64,000 nucleotides of DNA from an uncultured Candidatus Saccharibacteria bacterium (lineage in GTDB: Bacteria; Patescibacteriota; Dojkabacteria; JAOAGR01): the NCBI GenBank assembly GCA_964503755.1, contig CAZDBO010000002.1:64261-128260 (forward strand), read 5' to 3'. Below are positions 52,469-62,300 of the stretch, piece by piece. The notes under the pieces were generated by a model, which saw only the letters and a program-made list of their open reading frames with translations, was not told the DNA's origin and ran no database searches. Position 1 is the stretch's first letter. Each line of letters begins with the position of its first letter. A program made the translations under genes and the position numbers.

Positions 52469-52878
52469 AATACAGAGCTTCTGCGATTATAGTAAAAGAC
52501 AATCATATCCTTTTGATGTTTAGACGTAAGTTGGATAGAGAATATTACACACTACCAGGTGGTAAGAAAGAACCTAACGAAAATATTAGTGATACATTGA
52601 TTAGAGAAATAAAGGAAGAAACTAATTTGAATATTATCAAGCACAGATTATTAGTAGAGGTACATGATCATTTTAGTCAAAAATATGAATACTTTTTTAT
52701 ATGTGACAAATTCGTTGGCTATCCCGAACTAGGTGGAGAAGAAAAAGAAAAAAATAGTGAATCTAATTTTTACAAATTAGAATGGGTTCATCTTGAAAAA
52801 TTAGGTAAAATAAATTTATTGCCGCATTTTATAAAATATTGGTTGCTTGAAAATATTCAAGCTATTAGGTTAAACTAA
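52465..52878 (+). CDS. NUDIX hydrolase
   Basis: The Nudix box is GGKKEPNENISDTLIREIKEETNL. Confidence 0.8.
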   Translation: MKYRASAIIVKDNHILLMFRRKLDREYYTLPGGKKEPNENISDTLIREIKEETNLNIIKHRLLVEVHDHFSQKYEYFFICDKFVGYPELGGEEKEKNSESNFYKLEWVHLEKLGKINLLPHFIKYWLLENIQAIRLN

Positions 52879-52884
52879 AAATAT

Positions 52885-53628
52885 CTATCTCACATAATGT
52901 TTGATAATATCTTTGACATCTCCAATTAGTATAAATTTAATATCATGATCAATACAAAAATTCATTTGTTTTAAAAATATTGATTTAGCATACTCTAGAT
53001 TGTTTAAATATTTTTCAGAAAGTACGACTTGAATCCATGGTCTAAATCTGAATCTTGCAAGAAAAGAGGGAGTAGGGAAAATAATACTTAGTATTATATC
53101 AACTTGTGGATAATGCTTTTTAATAAACAAAACTTCATCTTGTATTATTTTTATATCTTCGCCTATTTGAAAATAAACATATTTAACATAAGGATTGGAT
53201 AATTTCACATTTAATTTATATCTTTCATATGCTTTATCAAAAAATGGATTGTAAGCAATACCTATAGGAATATTTGATTTTAATCGTGAGATAATATCAT
53301 GTGTAAAAATTTTTGATTTAGAACCACTAATTATCAATACATCAGATATATTGTTGTATTTTGAAAGCCTTTTTATACATAAATTAACTGTATCTATAAC
53401 AGAATCAATACTTTTTGTGCCAAAATAATTTATTATATGTTTTAAAGACAAATTACAAGTAAATCCAAAATTTTTATTTGTCTTATATAAATCATTTATA
53501 AATTTAAGATGCGATAAGTCGTTTTTTTTATGCACAATATGAAAATAAAAATTAAATTTATCAAAATGATCAAAAGGGATAAAGTTAATTGACGTCGATG
53601 AAATTTCAAGTCTAATATTACTTAACAT
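52885..53628 (-). CDS. hypothetical protein, weak resemblance to methylenetetrahydrofolate reductase-like TIM barrel
   Basis: ...INFIPFDHF... (compare SFEFFPP), ...DVLIISGSKS... (compare ILALRGDPP) and ...NIPIGIAYNPF... (compare IPIIPGIMPI). The similarity is low. Confidence 0.3.
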   Translation of the reverse strand: MLSNIRLEISSTSINFIPFDHFDKFNFYFHIVHKKNDLSHLKFINDLYKTNKNFGFTCNLSLKHIINYFGTKSIDSVIDTVNLCIKRLSKYNNISDVLIISGSKSKIFTHDIISRLKSNIPIGIAYNPFFDKAYERYKLNVKLSNPYVKYVYFQIGEDIKIIQDEVLFIKKHYPQVDIILSIIFPTPSFLARFRFRPWIQVVLSEKYLNNLEYAKSIFLKQMNFCIDHDIKFILIGDVKDIIKHYVR

Positions 53629-53636
53629 AAAGATAA

Positions 53637-53659
53637 CCCCACCATATTGTATGGTGGGG
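53637..53659. terminator. Rho-independent terminator hairpin downstream of groEL
   Basis: CCCCACCATATTGTATGGTGGGG, followed on the minus strand by a T-rich run. Confidence 0.65.
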
Positions 53660-53687
53660 TGTTTACTTTAAGCAAGATAAATATTTT

Positions 53688-55346
53688 TTACATCATCATA
53701 TCTTCGTCCTCATCATCACTTCCAGCTCCTGATGATGATTTCGAATTATTCTCTGGCACATCAACAACTACTACTTGTGTAGCCAAAAGCTGTCCTGCTA
53801 CAGAGGTTGCATTTTCTATTACAGATACAACAACTTTTGTAGGATCAATGATACCAGCATCAAACATTTTAATATTTCCCTCATTGGTTAAAGCATTATA
53901 ACCAATGCCGTCTCCTGCCTCGTATGATGCAGTAACTACGGACTCGGGACTATCATGACCGGCATTTATCAAAATCTGGAGCATCGGTTCTCTCAAAACC
54001 TTACGCATTATATCCACAGCAAATCTTTCATCACCGTTCAAATCTCCCTCAACACCATCAAGTATTCTTATTGCATTAAGATACGCAACTCCACCACCTG
54101 GCACAATTCCGCCATCAAGAGCGGCTTTTGTAGCATGTATAGCATCATCAATACGATCCTTAATTTCTTTCATTTCTACCTCTGTAGGTGCACCAACACG
54201 AACTACAGCAACACCACCAGACAGTTTTGCCAGTCTTTCTTGTAATTTTTCTCTATCGTATTCGGATGTGGTATTTTCTAAAACACTTCTTATTTGAGCA
54301 ATTCTTTCTTTTATCTTTGCAGGATCACCTTTACCTTCTACAAAGATAGAATTATCTTTATCAGCCACAAATCTTCGTACTCGACCAAGATCACTAAGCT
54401 CAACTGTTTCATCCAATTTTCTACCAAGCTCTTCTGAAATAACTGTAGCACCGGTCAATACTGCAATATCTTGCAAAAGTTCTTTCTTTCTATCACCAAA
54501 ACCTGGAGCCTTTACTGCAACAACATTCAAAACTCCTCGTAATTTGTTGACTACCAATGTTGTCAAAGCATCACCTTCTAGATCTTCAGCAACAATAACA
54601 AGATTTTTACTACCAGCTTCCATCATTTTTTCGACGATTGGAAGGATGGTTTTGATAGAAGAGATTTTCTGATCAGTTACCAAAACATAAGCATCTTCAA
54701 CAACAGCTTCCATTCGTGATGAATCAGTAACCATGTAAGGTGATACATAACCTCTATCAATTTGCATTCCTTCTACATAATCAATCAAAAGACCAGTACC
54801 TTGATATTCTTCTACAGTTACAACTCCTTCTTTACCCACTTTGGCCACAACTTCAGCGATCTTTTTCCCCATCTCTGGGTCATTGTTTGCTGAGATGGTA
54901 GCAACATACTCTAACTGCTGGATATCATCAGCTGTAATCTGTTTAGCATTGGATCTTACATGTTCGATTACTCTTCGAGCAACTTTCTGTAATCCTCTTT
55001 GAATACTAACAGCATTCGCACCACTGGTTATGTATTTTAAGCCATGATTATAAATTGATTGCGTAAGTAGAGTAGCTGTAGTGGTACCATCACCACAGAT
55101 ATCTGCAGTCTTAGAGCTTGCTTCACGAACTGTCTTTACAGCAAAATCGACTAATGGATCAGCTGATTCGATTTCTTTAGCAACAGTTACACCATCTTTA
55201 GTCATGTGCTGGGTGCCATATTTTTTTTGCAACCCAACATATCGACCACGTGGTCCTAATGTTACTTTTACAGCATCCGCTATTAAATTTACTCCATATC
55301 GGATGCCTTTTTGCGCTTTTTCTTTAAAATATACTTTTTTTGCCAT
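53688..55346 (-). CDS. groL: chaperonin GroEL
   Basis: A 552-aa protein with a canonical GroEL sequence throughout and a GAGSDDEDEDMMM tail. Confidence 0.95.
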   Translation of the reverse strand: MAKKVYFKEKAQKGIRYGVNLIADAVKVTLGPRGRYVGLQKKYGTQHMTKDGVTVAKEIESADPLVDFAVKTVREASSKTADICGDGTTTATLLTQSIYNHGLKYITSGANAVSIQRGLQKVARRVIEHVRSNAKQITADDIQQLEYVATISANNDPEMGKKIAEVVAKVGKEGVVTVEEYQGTGLLIDYVEGMQIDRGYVSPYMVTDSSRMEAVVEDAYVLVTDQKISSIKTILPIVEKMMEAGSKNLVIVAEDLEGDALTTLVVNKLRGVLNVVAVKAPGFGDRKKELLQDIAVLTGATVISEELGRKLDETVELSDLGRVRRFVADKDNSIFVEGKGDPAKIKERIAQIRSVLENTTSEYDREKLQERLAKLSGGVAVVRVGAPTEVEMKEIKDRIDDAIHATKAALDGGIVPGGGVAYLNAIRILDGVEGDLNGDERFAVDIMRKVLREPMLQILINAGHDSPESVVTASYEAGDGIGYNALTNEGNIKMFDAGIIDPTKVVVSVIENATSVAGQLLATQVVVVDVPENNSKSSSGAGSDDEDEDMMM

Positions 55347-55359
55347 ATGTTTTTATTTA

Positions 55360-55701
55360 TTATTCATTGAAAACTGCTAATATGTCGTCCTCTGTAAGTA
55401 ATAGATATTTTTCCCCGTCTAGTTCTACTTCATTGCCGCCGTATTTCCTAAATAATACCTTATCACCTTCCTTCACAACAAACGGTACATACATACCATG
55501 TGCATTGAGATAAGCATTTTCCACACTGACTACATTGTTAGACTCATCAAATCTAACAGATGTACCCAGTGCTGCTACTATACCAGTTTGTGGTCTTTCT
55601 TCGTTTTTTTGTACTACCACTATCCCCGTTTTCGTAGTAGTTTCGAGCTCTTCTGGTTTTACCAGAATGTATCGCCCGATTGGTTTTATCTTGTGTTTCA
55701 T
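55360..55701 (-). CDS. groS: co-chaperonin GroES
   Basis: ...IKPIGRYILVKPEE...KTGIVV... It is 113 aa and lies directly upstream of groEL. Confidence 0.85.
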   Translation of the reverse strand: MKHKIKPIGRYILVKPEELETTTKTGIVVVQKNEERPQTGIVAALGTSVRFDESNNVVSVENAYLNAHGMYVPFVVKEGDKVLFRKYGGNEVELDGEKYLLLTEDDILAVFNE

Positions 55702-55801
55702 AGGCCGAACTTTTAGCAGCTCCCAACGTTTGCTGCCAAAAGTATAATAATCACGAATCTATTACACGTCAAGATTTTATAATAAAAAAATATAAATTAG
55801 T

Positions 55802-56458
55802 TTAAAATAGATGACCGTCAAAAATAAAATTCTCAGGTAGTTGATCTTTAGCCCACACAATATAAGGTCTTAAAAAAAATTTTTCATCTGCATCTAAAAT
55901 TAAAATATCAGCATAATATTCGTTTATATTTATCAAATTTTCGTCCTGTCCAGATACATAAAATCCAACTTTTGATTTAGGATAAATTTCACGCATACGT
56001 TTATAAACTTGGATTTGTGTATCAACATTAAATCCTAAATTCGTATAAAATATCCAATAATTTATCCACTCAAATAATTCTTTATTGATAAGATGTATAT
56101 CTTGAATATTTAGCAATAAAGCAGACTTTAAGCTATTTTGAACAAAAAAGTTTTTAAAATATTCTATTCCACCACAACTGAAAATATTATTGTTCTTATA
56201 AACAAGAAAATTAGTTTCTGATAATTTTGATCTAGCTAGCTCTTTTTCAAAATTTTGTGTCGACAAATCTTCATCACAGACTTTATCAACCTTTAAGTAA
56301 CTCCACTTATCATAACTATCAACAGAAATTATTCCTTGTTTAATAACATGTTTATATTTTGGTGTAATTAGAGATAGACCAAGCGCCACGTACACTGAAA
56401 TCCCAAGCGAAAAAATAATCAAAAAAACAACAAATTTTCTCATAACATATTTTATCAT
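55802..56458 (-). CDS. hypothetical membrane-anchored protein
   Basis: A 218-aa ORF with an N-terminal TM helix and no recognised motif. Confidence 0.35.
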   Translation of the reverse strand: MIKYVMRKFVVFLIIFSLGISVYVALGLSLITPKYKHVIKQGIISVDSYDKWSYLKVDKVCDEDLSTQNFEKELARSKLSETNFLVYKNNNIFSCGGIEYFKNFFVQNSLKSALLLNIQDIHLINKELFEWINYWIFYTNLGFNVDTQIQVYKRMREIYPKSKVGFYVSGQDENLININEYYADILILDADEKFFLRPYIVWAKDQLPENFIFDGHLF

Positions 56459-56521
56459 CCAACATTAGGTATGATCAACTAAAAAGTTGCCAATTTTTTA
56501 TAACTCATATAATATTAATTC

Positions 56522-57952
56522 ATGAAAATTAAAATATCATTAATAAGCTTCATCCTGCTTTTCGTTTTTTTTCAAAGTGTTTTATCAAACTACTATCCTA
56601 TTTTCGCAACCTCAAGTAAATCTGTTTATTTCAATGGAACTACCGGAAGTAGCATTGCATTTAGCGTCCTATCCAATTCATCAACAAACATTGGTAATGG
56701 TGGATTTACAATAGAATTCTGGATCAAACCTGATACATCTTTCTCTGCTGGTGCAAATTGTTACAATGGACCCGATTTATTCACAAATGGCGCTATCATA
56801 TTCGATCGTGATATTTACGGTCCTGGTGATTATGGTGACTTCGGTATCTCACTTATGAGTGATAACCGTATTGCTTTTTCTATACACAACGGTTCCACTG
56901 GAGTCACAGTTTGTTCTAATCCTATAACTCTCGGTCAATGGAATTACGTTGCTGCCGTTAAAAATGGAAACACAGTATCTATTCATGTGGGAATAGGGGG
57001 GAGTTTATATTCTCAATCCAACTCATTCCCTGGTAATTCTAATCTTAGCTACAATACCAGCCGATCTACGTCATACACTGCCGACCCTCTAATCAGTTTA
57101 GGTGCAGAAAAACATACTACATGGGGATCTGAATCATTTACCGCCTATCATTACAAAGGGTTAATGGATGAACTTAGAATTTCAAATGTTGCAAGGTCAA
57201 TAACATCAATACCAACAACTACTTTTTCTATTGATGCAAATACTGTTGCAATGTTTAGATTTGAGAACAACATTTCAAGTGATGTATCTATATCTGGGAT
57301 CCAACAAAAAGGGATAAGTTTTTCAAACGACACTCCAAATTTTGGTTCCTCAACCCCAACAAATACTCCTACCAACACACCGACCAATACTCCTACCCCT
57401 ACTCATACTCCTACCCCAACACTAACTCCAACTTTGACTCCAACCAACACGCCAACACCCACGAATGCTTCAAATCCAACATCATCAAATATCCCAACGC
57501 CAAGAAACAAACCAAGTAATACTCCTACAAATATCCCAACCAACCCTCGGAATAACACACCGATTAATTCTCCAACAAATACTCAAAACGCAAATCAGAC
57601 TCCAACTACACAACCAACAGAACCTCAAACAGAAAATACCCCAAATTCTCCAATTGTAATATTTCAACCATTAGAACCAGAAACACCACAACAAAATGAA
57701 CAGAATAATACAACTATTACTCAAGATCAAACCACTAATCCAACGTCTAGTTTAAATCAACAAAGACAGAACTCATCAAATCAAAATAAAAATATATTTA
57801 TAACTGTATTAATATCACTTGTAGCAACAATATCTATCAGCTTTGTATTATTTGCACTTTATCGAATAAATGATAATTCATTCAAAGATAAAATCAAATC
57901 TCACTTAGATAAATTGATTAAATTTAAGAGAAATGAACCTAATTCAAATTAA
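56522..57952 (+). CDS. surface protein with ConA-like lectin/LamG-like jelly-roll domain, PT-rich stalk and C-terminal TM anchor (paralog 1)
   Basis: A signal peptide. The LamG-like hallmarks are ...[12 protein letters not shown]..., ...[12 protein letters not shown]... and ...[14 protein letters not shown]... PT(N)TP repeats follow, then the C-terminal helix [21 protein letters not shown]. Confidence 0.55.
   Translation: MKIKISLISFILLFVFFQSVLSNYYPIFATSSKSVYFNGTTGSSIAFSVLSNSSTNIGNGGFTIEFWIKPDTSFSAGANCYNGPDLFTNGAIIFDRDIYGPGDYGDFGISLMSDNRIAFSIHNGSTGVTVCSNPITLGQWNYVAAVKNGNTVSIHVGIGGSLYSQSNSFPGNSNLSYNTSRSTSYTADPLISLGAEKHTTWGSESFTAYHYKGLMDELRISNVARSITSIPTTTFSIDANTVAMFRFENNISSDVSISGIQQKGISFSNDTPNFGSSTPTNTPTNTPTNTPTPTHTPTPTLTPTLTPTNTPTPTNASNPTSSNIPTPRNKPSNTPTNIPTNPRNNTPINSPTNTQNANQTPTTQPTEPQTENTPNSPIVIFQPLEPETPQQNEQNNTTITQDQTTNPTSSLNQQRQNSSNQNKNIFITVLISLVATISISFVLFALYRINDNSFKDKIKSHLDKLIKFKRNEPNSN
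56621..57372. repeat. 752-bp segment matching 58083..58834 at every position I compared (copy 1 of tandem duplication)
   Basis: I checked it block by block by eye against copy 2. No mismatch was seen. Confidence 0.8.
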
Positions 57953-59489
57953 GAAAACAAAACATATAAATAGTTCATATATATTGGTGTTTTCTATCGT
58001 ACTTGTAATATTACTTTCTACACTTTTATTATTGCTAACAAATTTTTTAAGCGAGTCAAGAATATCAGCTAGCTCAAATTATTCTGTTTATTTCAATGGA
58101 ACTACCGGAAGTAGCATTGCATTTAGCGTCCTATCCAATTCATCAACAAACATTGGTAATGGTGGATTTACAATAGAATTCTGGATCAAACCTGATACAT
58201 CTTTCTCTGCTGGTGCAAATTGTTACAATGGACCCGATTTATTCACAAATGGCGCTATCATATTCGATCGTGATATTTACGGTCCTGGTGATTATGGTGA
58301 CTTCGGTATCTCACTTATGAGTGATAACCGTATTGCTTTTTCTATACACAACGGTTCCACTGGAGTCACAGTTTGTTCTAATCCTATAACTCTCGGTCAA
58401 TGGAATTACGTTGCTGCCGTTAAAAATGGAAACACAGTATCTATTCATGTGGGAATAGGGGGGAGTTTATATTCTCAATCCAACTCATTCCCTGGTAATT
58501 CTAATCTTAGCTACAATACCAGCCGATCTACGTCATACACTGCCGACCCTCTAATCAGTTTAGGTGCAGAAAAACATACTACATGGGGATCTGAATCATT
58601 TACCGCCTATCATTACAAAGGGTTAATGGATGAACTTAGAATTTCAAATGTTGCAAGGTCAATAACATCAATACCAACAACTACTTTTTCTATTGATGCA
58701 AATACTGTTGCAATGTTTAGATTTGAGAACAACATTTCAAGTGATGTATCTATATCTGGGATCCAACAAAAAGGGATAAGTTTTTCAAACGACACTCCAA
58801 ATTTTGGTTCCTCAACCCCAACAAATACTCCTACAAATACACCAAGTCCAACCCCAACCTCGACTCCAACCAATACTCCTACTCCAACTGATACTCCTAC
58901 TCCAACACCGAGTCCAACTCAAACACCTTCAAATACACCTACCCCAACTGATACTCCTACTCCAACACCAAGTCCAACCTTGACTCCAACTCCCACTGAT
59001 GCTCCAAGCCCAACACAAACTCTAACGCCCACTATTACTCCAACACTACTACCATCAAACACATCGACACCAACATTAACTCCTACACCAATACCTACAC
59101 CAATACCTAGTCCAACTAATACTCCTAAACCTACCAATACACCCTCTCAAAGAAACAATACTTCTACCCCCACACCTACCTCTAGACTAGAAAATACAAC
59201 CTTAACGCCAAGCCAAAATGTTGTCCAAACAACAAATGTTATTAATAACTCACCTTCAAGTACATTAAAACCAACAACTGAAATCACTCAATCAAATAGT
59301 ATTACACCTACAAATAATTCTCAAATAAATCCCGAGAGAGATTCGTCAAATAATGAAAAACATGCTAATACAGAACAACAAAATAATAATATTTTCATGA
59401 TTCTAACGATTCTTGCTAGTCTTTTAGCTTTGGGGATAATTATATCAGGAATAATAACAATGATAAGAAAAAAGCCAGAACGTATCTAA
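57933..59489 (+). CDS. surface protein with LamG-like domain, longer PT-rich stalk and C-terminal TM anchor (paralog 2)
   Basis: It encodes the same approximately 250-aa domain as paralog 1. The N-terminal signal anchor differs ([21 protein letters not shown]). It has a longer PTPT stalk and the C-terminal helix [23 protein letters not shown]. Confidence 0.55.
   Translation: MNLIQIKKTKHINSSYILVFSIVLVILLSTLLLLLTNFLSESRISASSNYSVYFNGTTGSSIAFSVLSNSSTNIGNGGFTIEFWIKPDTSFSAGANCYNGPDLFTNGAIIFDRDIYGPGDYGDFGISLMSDNRIAFSIHNGSTGVTVCSNPITLGQWNYVAAVKNGNTVSIHVGIGGSLYSQSNSFPGNSNLSYNTSRSTSYTADPLISLGAEKHTTWGSESFTAYHYKGLMDELRISNVARSITSIPTTTFSIDANTVAMFRFENNISSDVSISGIQQKGISFSNDTPNFGSSTPTNTPTNTPSPTPTSTPTNTPTPTDTPTPTPSPTQTPSNTPTPTDTPTPTPSPTLTPTPTDAPSPTQTLTPTITPTLLPSNTSTPTLTPTPIPTPIPSPTNTPKPTNTPSQRNNTSTPTPTSRLENTTLTPSQNVVQTTNVINNSPSSTLKPTTEITQSNSITPTNNSQINPERDSSNNEKHANTEQQNNNIFMILTILASLLALGIIISGIITMIRKKPERI
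58083..58834. repeat. 752-bp copy 2 of the tandem duplication (matches 56621..57372)
   Basis: The offset between the copies is 1462 bp. Confidence 0.8.
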
Positions 59490-59798
59490 TAACTCATAAT
59501 ATTGAATTGTTAAAATTTTATATGGTTTGTTCTGCTTTTGAGATTGGTTTATATTAGCATAAGTAGCTTATATGCCTGTCTCATGTATTGAATTTAGAGA
59601 TTTATATTCAATCAAAAATATAAATTAATAAGAACGCACAATTTCCTACATGCAATTCACAAGCCATGATACACACTTTTATAAATTAGTATAAATCTTG
59701 AAATATAAAAATTTGATTTTTAATTAGTAAAACATAATTCATATAAAACGCGTATTTGAATATTCACGAGTAATTTAACATCAAAATACTACTAATCA

Positions 59799-60182
59799 TT
59801 ATCTATCAAATCCTAAGATCTTGCTTTTTCTCAGACAGACAATGCAAAGATTCGCGCATTTAAGCCTCGCTGGATTGTCTAAAGGTATACCCAAAAGGGA
59901 CTTTACATAATCAAGATTGATTTTTTGTCTAATTTCATCAATATTATCAGTTTCATTTAGATCTTCTAACAACATCGATGTTGATGCTTGTGATATAGCA
60001 CATCCCTCACCTACAAATGTAAATAAAAATTTACCATTTTTTTGCTTTTTTATATAAATAGTCACAGCATCTCCACATATAGTATTTACTTCAGAAACCA
60101 TCTCATCATAATCTTCTAATGGATAGTGATATCTTGGATTTTTATAGTAATCTATTATATTTTGCTGATAAATATCCAACAT
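59799..60182 (-). CDS. sufU: SufU/IscU-like Fe-S cluster assembly scaffold
   Basis: ...YKNPRYHYPLEDYD...CGDAVTIY...GEGCAISQASTSML...ARLKCANL... is the NifU N-terminal-type pattern. Confidence 0.7.
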   Translation of the reverse strand: MLDIYQQNIIDYYKNPRYHYPLEDYDEMVSEVNTICGDAVTIYIKKQKNGKFLFTFVGEGCAISQASTSMLLEDLNETDNIDEIRQKINLDYVKSLLGIPLDNPARLKCANLCIVCLRKSKILGFDR

Positions 60183-60192
60183 AACAATAATT

Positions 60193-61839
60193 TTATCTTA
60201 AAATATCAACTATCTTCAAACCATATCCATTAGGACTCCATTTATCTTCAATAAATTCAAATATGACCTTATTATCATTTTCGATTTGATAACCATCAAA
60301 ACTTATACCTCTTATATGATTATTGTATTTATCCCTAAACACGTATGAGGTATATTCTTGGTTCTTCCCAAATCTCTGCATTCCCTCAATTTTTACTTCA
60401 TTGGTAACAAATATAGGTTTTTGATTGCCCATACCAAAAGGCTCGAGCAAATCAATACTCTTTATATCATCTAAACTTATAATACCAAAGTCATCAATCA
60501 CACCATCAATTGCTGTTTTTTTAATCAATTCTTCTTCATCATATTGATCAAAAAAATTTAAAAGTGAACTGTCCCATCCTTTTATTTTTTCAATATCACT
60601 AGCGAAACCAGCAGCAAATTTGTGACCACCAAATCTCGTCAAATGTTTTTTTGTAGCAAACAAAACATCTGTCAGATATATTATGTCAGATTTTGATCTT
60701 GCAGAACCTACTATTTTAACTTCATCAGTAATTGTATAAACAAAAGAGGGTTTATTGTATTTTTCTGACAATCTACTAGCTATCAGTCCCACAATACCTT
60801 CAGACCAATTTTGTCCATATACCAATATAAATTTTTGAGCACTATCAACTGTTGAATCCGCCTCATTAAATATCTCTTCAGTCAATTCTTGCCTTTTAGA
60901 ATTTAATTTATTTAGTTCATTTATGTAATAATCAGCTTTTTTAGAAGAAGTAGTTAGTAATAATCTTAACGGCAAATATGGATCCCCAATTACCCTACCA
61001 CTAGCATTAATCCTTGGCCCTATCTTAAAACCGATATCATATGTAGTAACTTTGTCCAAAGACAAATACTCTATAAGTCTTTTTAACCCTATTCTGTTTG
61101 TCTGATGTAATCTGTCTATGTTTTTTTTGACTATTTTTCTATTCTCTCCTGTCAAATGCAATACATCACATATAGTAGATATCGTGAGCAGATCGAAATA
61201 GTAATCAACTATTTCAGAATTATCATTACTCATATATCTTACAAGATTCCAAATAGTGGCAGCACCCGAGATTACGTTAGGATAATTCCCGTCAGGATGT
61301 CCTGGATGTACGATACACAAAGCATCTGGAAGCAGCATGTTACCATCTTCATCATATCTAAAATTATGATGGTCAGTAATAATAAAAGTTATTTTATCTT
61401 TATATTTTAAAACAAGTTCTACATCTTTTATTCCACAATCAACTGTAATTATAAGCTCACATCCTTCATCTATTGCCATCTGAATGGTTTTATCTGACAT
61501 GCCATATCCGTCAGTTAATCTGTTAGGTATGATAGGAATAACATTGGCTTTTTGATGTCTATACAAATAATCCCATAAAATAGCAGTAGCACTGATACCA
61601 TCTACATCATAATCTCCATGAATTGCTATCTTTTTTCTTTCTTTAATAAATTTATTAATAATTTTTGCTGCCTTTGGTATATCATATATCAAAGAAGGAT
61701 CCACATAATCTTGATTATGTATGTTTAGAAATTCTAAAATTTCATTTTCTTTAAAAGATCTGTTCTTAAATATTGTATGTAACAAGCGAGATGGATTATT
61801 CAATTCAGAATAATAAAATCCTAAAGGGAAATCAGGCAT
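60193..61839 (-). CDS. recJ: single-stranded-DNA-specific exonuclease RecJ
   Basis: The DHH motifs are IAIHGDYDVDGISATAIL, ITVDCG and ITDHH. The DHHA1 motif is GGHKFAAG. I chose the start at MPDFPLG (61839) rather than the ORF-track start at 61956, which would overlap dgkA. The start choice is uncertain. Confidence 0.75.
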   Translation of the reverse strand: MPDFPLGFYYSELNNPSRLLHTIFKNRSFKENEILEFLNIHNQDYVDPSLIYDIPKAAKIINKFIKERKKIAIHGDYDVDGISATAILWDYLYRHQKANVIPIIPNRLTDGYGMSDKTIQMAIDEGCELIITVDCGIKDVELVLKYKDKITFIITDHHNFRYDEDGNMLLPDALCIVHPGHPDGNYPNVISGAATIWNLVRYMSNDNSEIVDYYFDLLTISTICDVLHLTGENRKIVKKNIDRLHQTNRIGLKRLIEYLSLDKVTTYDIGFKIGPRINASGRVIGDPYLPLRLLLTTSSKKADYYINELNKLNSKRQELTEEIFNEADSTVDSAQKFILVYGQNWSEGIVGLIASRLSEKYNKPSFVYTITDEVKIVGSARSKSDIIYLTDVLFATKKHLTRFGGHKFAAGFASDIEKIKGWDSSLLNFFDQYDEEELIKKTAIDGVIDDFGIISLDDIKSIDLLEPFGMGNQKPIFVTNEVKIEGMQRFGKNQEYTSYVFRDKYNNHIRGISFDGYQIENDNKVIFEFIEDKWSPNGYGLKIVDILR

Positions 61840-61893
61840 TATGTACTTTGCATTAGGCTTCACAGTTGAAATAATATACAATGAGTGATAACA

Positions 61894-62277
61894 ATGCAAA
61901 ATATTATAAAAACCACCGTTCGCAAAATTAGAGTCTTTTTGGATGGATTCATTCACACATTTAAAACAGATCCTTATTTTGTTGTATTGGTTATATTTGC
62001 AATCCTAGTATCTTTTATATCGTGGATCTTTGCTGAGTACGTAAATACTATAATTACAATAATTTTAGTAGTTAATCTAATAGCATTTGAAGCTTTCAAT
62101 ACTGCAATAGAAAAAATTTGTAACCTCATAGATTCAAATCAAAATAACAAAATAAAAATAATCAAAGACATATCAGCGTTTGCAGTTGGTATGATTTTAA
62201 TTACCCTAATCTCATTTTTGATATACGAACTATTTCCAATCATAAGCCGTTTAGCACTCCGACTTGACATCTGCTAA
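61894..62277 (+). CDS. dgkA: diacylglycerol/undecaprenol kinase DgkA-like
   Basis: Three TM helices, with ...[10 protein letters not shown]... (the DgkA NTAIE motif). Confidence 0.55.
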   Translation: MQNIIKTTVRKIRVFLDGFIHTFKTDPYFVVLVIFAILVSFISWIFAEYVNTIITIILVVNLIAFEAFNTAIEKICNLIDSNQNNKIKIIKDISAFAVGMILITLISFLIYELFPIISRLALRLDIC

Positions 62278-62300
62278 TTTTGGTTTACAATATATCTGCT

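Noticed and set aside
57151-59137. Minus-strand ORFs 57151..57387, 58613..58873 and 58919..59137 (VGV-rich)
   Set aside because: They are antisense to the LamG-like paralogs and their PT-rich stalks. Two of them are duplicated only because the underlying DNA is duplicated.
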